A stretch of DNA of 64,000 bases, taken from contig CAXXJS010000040.1 of the NCBI GenBank assembly GCA_963662665.2, forward strand, positions 365,574 to 429,573, given 5' to 3'. The translations under genes were made by a program, and so were the position numbers. This document shows positions 57,092-64,000 of the stretch, piece by piece. Every line of letters begins with the position of its first letter. The first letter of the stretch is position 1. The DNA comes from Candidatus Latescibacterota bacterium. Its GTDB lineage: Bacteria > Latescibacterota > UBA2968 > GCA-2709665. The notes beneath the pieces were generated by a model. It was not told the origin of the DNA. It saw only the letters and a list, made by a program, of their open reading frames with translations, and made no database searches.

Positions 57092-59194
57092 ATGAAAAAG
57101 CGGAAGATACAGCGGATTGCCTTCCTTCAGGACTACAGGAACCGGCCGGAGTCCCTCGTGGACGAGATTCCCGAGGTGGCCGGCCTGGGTTACCACGAGG
57201 TGACCGTGGCGGCCGTAATCGGCCACGAAGCAGCCGTAGAAGAGGTAGCCAGGAGAGCGGCGGAACAGGGCCTCGAGGTCTCCACGTTTACCGGTTTCAT
57301 GAAATACGCTTACCAGCACCTGGCCGAGCACCCCGAACAAAAGGCCGTGTTCAGCAAGGATGCGGAGCACGAGGAACTTGGTAACCTGCCGGCCGTATGG
57401 GGATGTCCGTACAATGAGGCGTTTCAGAAGCGGTACATGGATTTCCTGGAAAGGCTGGGCAAGATTCCGAATCTCACGGAAGTGTGGGTGAACGACGAAG
57501 CGTATTTCGGAAGGGACATGGATCTGCTGGCCTGCTATTGCCGGACCTGCCAGTCAGACTGGGAACGCGAATTCGGCGGGCGGATGCCCATGCCGCCGTT
57601 CAGTGACCTGGAGGAAAAAGCGCGCCTGGTCACCTGGCGTTTCAATCGTTGGAACGACGTGCACGGAAAGATGAAAACAGCCCTGAACCGGGATCACCGG
57701 GTCCGGGCTGTTTTTCAGAGCGGCCCGCAGCCCTTCTGGGACATCAACCCCTGGGTATGCGGCATGGACATCGACGGCATGGTCGAAGCCATAGACGGAC
57801 TGGCCGTGGATGCCTACTACACGTGCGTGTTGCCGGCGGTGGGCAGCGGGCTGTTTACGCCTCCAGAAATCTTCCTGAGCGAGTGCTGCCGTTTCCTTCA
57901 GGGCTTTACGCTGGGAGATGACAAGGTAAGCGTCATGCTGGCGCAGGGCATGTCGCACCCGGAATTCCACCGGCCGCTGGACGAACGGGACGGATGGTGG
58001 CAGGCCGTGGTTCCACCGGCCCTCGGCGTGGATCGCGTGACAACCTACACGTACCGGCTCCAGCGGGTGTCGCCGATGCACCGGACCTTCCAGGACGCGT
58101 TTCGTCTGGACCCTTACTTCGAACGTACCGAACCCGTGGTCTCCGTTGCCGTGGTGGACAGTCTGGAAACACAGTGTTACGACGGGTCTTTGCCCGCGAG
58201 GGGCCGCGAGAACTGGCGGATGAGCCGGATGTTCTCCATGGGACAGATGGCCGCTCACTATGGAATGTCCCACGGTTATCTGCCTTCGTCGAAGCTGGTT
58301 CACGAATACCTTGATCGGTATCCGGTGGTCGTTCTCCCCAATGCCTCTTGCCTGTCGGACCGCCAGCGGGATGCGCTCCTGTCGTACGTGCGAGACGGCG
58401 GCACGCTGGTGGCGGCGGGGGAAACGGCTACGAGGGACGAGACGGGACGCCCGTCAGACGGACTGTTTCTCGGCGAGGCATTCGGAATATCGTCGTGTAC
58501 ACCCGGTGGGGATTCCCGGATCTTCCAGCCAGCCAGCGACCACGAGGCGTTCGACAACCTTCCATGGCCGGATGCAAAAACCGCGTGGGACCCCTGGAAG
58601 GGCAAAAACCGTCCGGTACTCGGGCTGGACCTGGCGGTGGGAGTGGAGACGGAGGGCGACGTGGATGTGCTGGCGGTTTTCGAGGAAGAGGGTTCCCCTA
58701 CGTCGCGCCCGGCTCTGACGTTGAAGCGCGTGGGTAAGGGCAACGGCGTCTTCGTTGCGGGAATCCCGTCCCGGTGGCTGGATCTGAGGCCGGCGGGCAC
58801 CACAGTTCTCAGCTTTACTCGCCAGGTTGTGGCGCAGTTGATCCTGTCGCTGATAGACGACCGGCTGCCTGTGGTCGCAAAAGGCTTTCCGCCGCGGGTG
58901 CCGCTGCAGGATGTCAGGCCCCTGGACATCCGCTGGAAGCCGACCATGGAGATCATGCCCTCCGTGGGCGATGATCTTTACCTCGTAACGGTGCCGTCGT
59001 ATTTCAGGGAACCCGGCGCGTTTCAGGTCGAAGCGCGGTTGCCGGAGGGCAAACAATGCACAGAGGTCCGTGAACTGGTGTCGGATCAACCGGTCCTGGA
59101 AGCCAGACAGAATGGGCGATCGGTGGAAATCGACGTCAACCTGACCACCGAGGACTTCCTTAAGGTGTATGCATTTTCCATCGCACCCGTGTGA
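57092..59194 (+). CDS. GH42-like TIM barrel plus trimerisation domain protein, paralog 3 (divergent)
   Basis: MKKRKIQRIAFL, FTGFMKY, WGCPY, EVWVNDE, CYCRTC, PVVVLPNASCLSD, YVRDGGTLV, PTME. Confidence 0.68.
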   Translation: MKKRKIQRIAFLQDYRNRPESLVDEIPEVAGLGYHEVTVAAVIGHEAAVEEVARRAAEQGLEVSTFTGFMKYAYQHLAEHPEQKAVFSKDAEHEELGNLPAVWGCPYNEAFQKRYMDFLERLGKIPNLTEVWVNDEAYFGRDMDLLACYCRTCQSDWEREFGGRMPMPPFSDLEEKARLVTWRFNRWNDVHGKMKTALNRDHRVRAVFQSGPQPFWDINPWVCGMDIDGMVEAIDGLAVDAYYTCVLPAVGSGLFTPPEIFLSECCRFLQGFTLGDDKVSVMLAQGMSHPEFHRPLDERDGWWQAVVPPALGVDRVTTYTYRLQRVSPMHRTFQDAFRLDPYFERTEPVVSVAVVDSLETQCYDGSLPARGRENWRMSRMFSMGQMAAHYGMSHGYLPSSKLVHEYLDRYPVVVLPNASCLSDRQRDALLSYVRDGGTLVAAGETATRDETGRPSDGLFLGEAFGISSCTPGGDSRIFQPASDHEAFDNLPWPDAKTAWDPWKGKNRPVLGLDLAVGVETEGDVDVLAVFEEEGSPTSRPALTLKRVGKGNGVFVAGIPSRWLDLRPAGTTVLSFTRQVVAQLILSLIDDRLPVVAKGFPPRVPLQDVRPLDIRWKPTMEIMPSVGDDLYLVTVPSYFREPGAFQVEARLPEGKQCTEVRELVSDQPVLEARQNGRSVEIDVNLTTEDFLKVYAFSIAPV

Positions 59195-59240
59195 TCGGTC
59201 GGACGCACCGCCGCAGCCTGCGCAGGAATCTTTTCGTAGA

Positions 59241-59675
59241 TCAGGAACTCTGGTTCCTTGACCTGATACAGGCGTCCACGCCGTATTTTCCGGAGCCCAC
59301 CAGCAGAAACATCACCGCGATGGCCAGGTAAAGAAGCGCCATTTCCTTCCTGCCGAACGGATCGGCCGCGTGTACGCCGAATGCGGCCACCATCATCGTG
59401 AATCCCATCAAGGCCGTGCCCGGCCGGGTCAGCAGTCCCAGGGCCAGCAACAACCCGCCCCCGAACTCTCCGAACGCGGCCGCCCAGGCGAAGAACTCGG
59501 GCAGGGGAAATCCCAGTTTCGCCGTGCCGGCCACCAATCCGCTGGACGGCGGGATCTTCCCGATTCCGTGTCCGAATGCCATACTCAACCCGGCAATGAC
59601 CCTCAGGATCGCCAATCCCAGATTCGCCTTGTCAGATTCAATCTCCGCACCGCCGAATAACAATTCCCTGTTCAT
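59241..59675 (-). CDS. DoxX family membrane protein
   Basis: LAILRVIAG...HGIGK, EFGGGLLLALGLLTR, GSGKYGVD. Confidence 0.9.
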   Translation of the reverse strand: MNRELLFGGAEIESDKANLGLAILRVIAGLSMAFGHGIGKIPPSSGLVAGTAKLGFPLPEFFAWAAAFGEFGGGLLLALGLLTRPGTALMGFTMMVAAFGVHAADPFGRKEMALLYLAIAVMFLLVGSGKYGVDACIRSRNQSS

Positions 59676-60069
59676 ACGCTGTCTCCCAACGTTTAAATGG
59701 TGTTTATGGTGAACGGGTTAGCTTACAGCGGCGCACCCTCCGGTCACCCAACCGATATTGTTGCTCTTTGTACCGTATAAGGTTACCTTACGCCTGACGT
59801 TATTTATGCCGATGGGGGCTGTAGTCGGCCGTCAGAATCTCGTAAGAGTCCCCTCGTGATCGTCCAACCAAAATTCCCACAGCCAGCACCGTGGACGGTT
59901 TGACCGCGCGCACCGCAATCTGCTGGATTCCCACCCATTATTCAACATAGTTGGCGATCCAAGTATATCACATAACCTTCTGAAAAGCAAGAATGGTCAA
60001 CTTCCATTCCCCTGTCGGGTGCGGTCCGCAACGACTCGGCTCTGTTCAGTATCTTAAGGAGATGAACAA

Positions 60070-61230
60070 ATGAGAATTACGGACGTGAAGGTCCTGCCGA
60101 TCGATCGGTATCTCTTCGTCCAGGTGCATACCGATGAGGGGATCGTGGGCCTGGGTGAATCGGGCGCATGGGGATACCTCGAGGCCTCCGGGGAGGTGGT
60201 AAAGAGCTTCAGGGAATACCTGATCGGTAAGGATCCTCTGCGCATCGAACACCACTGGCAGGTACTGTACCGGTGTACGCATTTTCGCGGTGCGGCCATC
60301 ATGGGAGCGTTGAGCGCAATTGATATCGCCCTCTGGGATATTGCGGGCAAGTTTTTCGGCGTGCCGGCCTACCAGCTACTGGGCGGCAAGTGCCGGGACA
60401 AGGCCCGTGTCTACGGTCACGTGATCGGACGTACGAAAGAAGAGCTTCTGGAAGGCTGCGTGCGGGCAAAGGCGGAGGGATTTACCGCCGTGGGTCACCT
60501 GACGCCCTTTCTGGATGAATCCCGGAGTGTACCGTACTTCAAGACCCACACGGACAAGATACAGGATGCCGTTCGGACGGTGGCGGCGTACCGTGAGGCG
60601 GTTGGCGACGAGGTGGACCTGTGCATTGAGATCCACCGGCGGCTGGACCCGGCCGAGGCGATCGTGCTGGGAAGGGCTATCGAGCCCTATCGCCCGTTTT
60701 TCTATGAGGATCCGATCCGTCCGGACAACCTGGACGCCATGGCCGAAGTCGCGCAGAAGATAGCGGTTCCCATCGCCACGGGGGAACGAATTCACACCAT
60801 CTACGAATTCGAAATGCTCCTTACCCGGAACGCAGTTCAGTACGTGAGGCCGGACGTCTGCATGGCCGGCGGCATCACCCACTGCAAGAAGATCGCGGCC
60901 CTCGCCGAGGCGCACTACGTGGACGTGGTGCCGCATAACCCGCTCAGTCCGGTGAGTACGGCCGCGTGCGTTCAACTTGCGGCCTGCATTCCCAATTTCG
61001 CGTTGCAGGAGTACCCGAGGGGCGAAGGCGAACCGCCAAAAAGCGAAATTGTATCCGGGATCCTCGAACTTGAGGATGGATTCCTGATCATCCCGGATGC
61101 GCCCGGCATCGGCGTTGAACTCGTGGAAGGCGCAATGGAAAAATACCCGTTCGTTTCGCACCGGCCGCTGCTGGATGAGGGAATGATGGTTACTAGACTG
61201 CACGCGGACGGTTCGGTTGTAGATCAGTAG
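60070..61230 (+). CDS. Mandelate racemase/enolase superfamily sugar-acid dehydratase (galactonate dehydratase-like)
   Basis: VHTDEGIVGLGE, SAIDIALWDIAGK, EIH, FYEDP, TGER, PHNP, PGIGVE; TAAGGAG RBS. Confidence 0.9.
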   Translation: MRITDVKVLPIDRYLFVQVHTDEGIVGLGESGAWGYLEASGEVVKSFREYLIGKDPLRIEHHWQVLYRCTHFRGAAIMGALSAIDIALWDIAGKFFGVPAYQLLGGKCRDKARVYGHVIGRTKEELLEGCVRAKAEGFTAVGHLTPFLDESRSVPYFKTHTDKIQDAVRTVAAYREAVGDEVDLCIEIHRRLDPAEAIVLGRAIEPYRPFFYEDPIRPDNLDAMAEVAQKIAVPIATGERIHTIYEFEMLLTRNAVQYVRPDVCMAGGITHCKKIAALAEAHYVDVVPHNPLSPVSTAACVQLAACIPNFALQEYPRGEGEPPKSEIVSGILELEDGFLIIPDAPGIGVELVEGAMEKYPFVSHRPLLDEGMMVTRLHADGSVVDQ

Positions 61231-61310
61231 GAAACAAGAACGCCGGCTCATCGACGAACCGGTTGAGTTCCGCACCGGACGCGGGACGACGTAACCACAG
61301 GAGACCCGGT

Positions 61311-62105
61311 ATGACTGCACATATCAGCGACGATCAGTGGGCGCAGTTCGAGCAGGATGGATATGTTCGCCTTGGAAAAACGATGGATGACGACGAACTG
61401 GCGGGCCTGCAGCAGCGAATCGACGACATCATGCTCGGCAACGTGAAAGTACATGATCAGATGTACATGCAACTGGACAGCGAGACGGGAGACTACTCTG
61501 AAAAGCGGATTACGACGAGGGGTCACCGGGTTTCATCGCTGAACTATCGGAAGATCCAGGACCTGGAGTTCGATCCGCTGTTCCTGTGCTACATGCAGAA
61601 ACCCGTTTTCCGCGAGATCTGCGCGAGGGCCTACGGTCCGGAGACGTCCATATCCTGCTATCGGGCCATGTTTATGAACAAGCCGGCGGGGAAGGGTACG
61701 AATCTTCCCTGGCACCAGGACCGGTTCAGCATCCTCGACAAGGATCCGATCGCAACCGTGTGGACGGCGCTGGATCGGGTGTCAGTTGAAAACGGCTGCG
61801 TCGGGGTCGTGCCCGGGTCACATCGGGGCGCCTTCGAACAGGACGATTCCGCCGGCTTCGCCTTTCTGACCGACGATCAGGCCACTGCCGTTCTGGAAAG
61901 GGAAACGCATGAATACCTGGAAATGGAGGCGGGGGAGGCCGCCCTGTTACATAACTGGCTTCTCCACGGATCGGGCGTGAATCGGACCGACGCCTCCCGC
62001 CGCGGATTCAGCGTTTGCTATATGGACGCCGCCACAAGATCCGACCGGGGAGCGAGCTTCTCGGTGATCTTCGGAGAGGGCGCCCTGACTCCCGGGACGC
62101 TGTAA
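61311..62105 (+). CDS. PhyH family Fe(II)/2OG dioxygenase
   Basis: FEQDGY, LPWHQD, WTALD...ENGC..VVPGSH, LLHGSGVNRT..RR. Confidence 0.9.
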   Translation: MTAHISDDQWAQFEQDGYVRLGKTMDDDELAGLQQRIDDIMLGNVKVHDQMYMQLDSETGDYSEKRITTRGHRVSSLNYRKIQDLEFDPLFLCYMQKPVFREICARAYGPETSISCYRAMFMNKPAGKGTNLPWHQDRFSILDKDPIATVWTALDRVSVENGCVGVVPGSHRGAFEQDDSAGFAFLTDDQATAVLERETHEYLEMEAGEAALLHNWLLHGSGVNRTDASRRGFSVCYMDAATRSDRGASFSVIFGEGALTPGTL

Positions 62106-62141
62106 ACGGCGACGCCGATTTTTCCGTACAGGTACTTACCC

Positions 62142-62364
62142 TTGGAAACCACAGCGGCGAGAGCCCCGAATTCCCCCACACCAGCGACTGGCACGGAAAC
62201 TGACGCGCGCGACGGCCTGACGCCGCGCGCGTTCGGAATCGGTCTCGTCCTGTGCGTACTCATGTGCGTGGGCCTCACCTACAACCGCATGATCACCCAG
62301 GGCTCCTTCATCGGCGGCGGATACTACATGGACAGGGGCGCACTGTTTGTCTTGTTCCTCCTAG
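62142..62364 (+). pseudogene. 5' part of a DUF6785-type membrane protein gene interrupted by an IS
   Basis: RDGLTPRAF.IGL...LTYNRM..QG.F....YMDRG.LFV matches 22425; similarity stops at CTAG 62361-64. Confidence 0.85.
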
Positions 62365-64000
62365 GAGTCTGCGCCGCAGGAGTTTTTACAAAGGGCGAGG
62401 TGTGTCCGTGAGTCGGGTTGGTCGTTATGTTGGGAGTGGTATGATGAGTTTTGGGTACGGTGATCGTTGCAGGCAGGCGTGTTGAGGGCGAGATTCCAGG
62501 GATCGTGGTTTCCCGTATGTCGAGTCCATAAGGACAGGACACCCGAACCCATGCTTCAACACATCGACAACGCTGCCATCCGCTTGACGTTCAACGCGAG
62601 GCAGACCAGATCCCACTCGGCACGCACCTTTTCCAGCCCCCGGAAGCTGAAGCGCCGGAAGCCCAATACCTCCTTGATCCATCCGTTGGGCGCCTCCGAG
62701 AGCCACTTGCGCTTCGCATACAGGCCCCGACCTTCCGGGCTGGTGAGCTTCTCGCCCATGCGATGGGTCGCCGGAAGCGTCTCCGAATCGACGTCCACCT
62801 TTTCCTTGCCCTCCCGCCCCAGCGCCACGTAACCATCAATGCCACGCTCCTCAAGCGTGGCCAGGTCCTCCTCGTTGCAGTAGCCCGCATCCGCCAGAAC
62901 CGCGTCCGGCTTGACCCCGAATGTCTCTTGCACACCATCCAGCAAGGGGAGCATAAAGCCCTGATCGGTGGCCTGTGACCCCAGATGCACAGCCACGATG
63001 ATCTGACGCTCGGCGTCCACCACCGTCTGCGCGTTGTAGCACTGCTGGAACCCCTCCGCGCTCGTCTTCATGATCCGAGACTCGGGGTCCGTGAAGTTGC
63101 TCTGAGCCTTCGGGTCGGGCTCGCCATAGGCTCTTTTGTAAGGCCGCCCGCCCTTCGGGTTGCGCTTCTGACCCGGTTTGCGCCCGCGCGCATCGTCGAC
63201 GGCTCGTTGCGATGCTTCCAGACGCTCCCTCGCCGCCCTGATCGCCGCCAGACGAGCCTGCCTGCGCTGCAACTCGACCGGCAACTCGTCGCCACGAACA
63301 TCCACCGCCGTAACGTGCATCCTCCTCGGCATCAATCGACCACAGCACCCGAAAGCAACGCCCCCGATCTCTTTCTCCAGACGAGCCTGTTTCCTTCAAC
63401 ATCCGCTCGTAACTCATGGCCTTGCGCTTGCTGGCCTTCGCTCGTACCTTCGTGCCGTCTAAAGATAACGTCCCGAAACGTACCAGGCCCATCTCCCGTG
63501 CCACACCAACCACCTCCACGAACAAACGCCCGAAATCTTCCAGGTGACGACGCCGAAACTCGCAGATCGTCCGGTGTTGTGGGAAATTGCCCGCCGCCAA
63601 CATACGAAACGCCACGTCCCTCCTCCAGCTTCCCAGCGATCGCTCGAGACGAATACACTCCCGTCGCGTACCCATAGATCAATACCTTCAACATCATCGA
63701 TGGATCATATGGCGCGTTGCGACGACCATCGCCTTCATAGGGCGCGTAGAACGACCCCAGATCCAGGGAATCCACCAGATCGCTCACCTGGTGCGACAGA
63801 TGACCTTCAGGCACCCACTCCCGAAGATCCGGCGCCAACAGCAATATCTGGTCCGGGTGATACGGTCGAAACGTTGTCGGCATGGATCGCTCCCTCCCCT
63901 GACATAACACACAACGATACCCTTGACATATACCAACTACACGACCCATTATACCTACAACTACATGTCCATTGAAATGAATTTTCCTGCGGCGCAGACT
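62365..64000 (-). mobile_element. IS1182-family insertion sequence (about 1.64 kb, right end at the window edge)
   Basis: 16-bp perfect inverted repeats AGTCTGCGCCGCAGGA (62366) / TCCTGCGGCGCAGACT (63985); CTAG target. Confidence 0.88.
62556..63883 (-). pseudogene. IS1182-family DDE transposase, frameshifted
   Basis: MLKVLIYGYATGVYSSRAI, PQHRTICEFRRRH, LDGTKVRA, NFTDPESRIM, CYNAQ, LADAGY, EAPNGWIK..LGFRRF spread over three frames. Confidence 0.88.

Noticed and set aside
60070-61230. Assigning the symbol dgoD
   Set aside because: The KxN catalytic segment reads GHLTP and there is no dgoK/dgoA context, so the substrate is uncertain

Overview
GC-rich bacterial DNA with about 50 genes, nearly all on the + strand. 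It is mostly a large accessory catabolic region, rich in paralogous enzymes that lack signal peptides: three GH42-like TIM-barrel proteins, four five-bladed-propeller proteins, three PhyH-type Fe(II)/2OG enzymes, two Gfo/Idh/MocA oxidoreductases, two C45 Ntn-hydrolases, two metallophosphoesterases, two DUF6785 membrane proteins, and sialidase-, CocE-, SGNH- and enolase-family enzymes. This gene content suggests an FCB-group organism such as Latescibacterota or Gemmatimonadota (inference only). Highlights: (1) a GntR/FadR-linked outer-membrane uptake operon with no SusD, made of a small beta-barrel, a TonB-dependent transporter, a secreted protein with a T9SS-like C-terminal domain and its own PorV-family barrel; (2) a hicA toxin gene carrying a 189-bp, in-frame, stop-free palindromic MITE; (3) an AlbA_2/HATPase/wHTH gene bracketed by a perfect 50-bp direct repeat next to an hsdR remnant; (4) a propeller enzyme inserted inside an Ig-like domain; (5) a composite REP family; (6) an IS1182-family element interrupting a DUF6785 gene at the right edge. 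All family calls come from motif recognition by eye, not database searches. No rRNA, tRNA or CRISPR array was seen.
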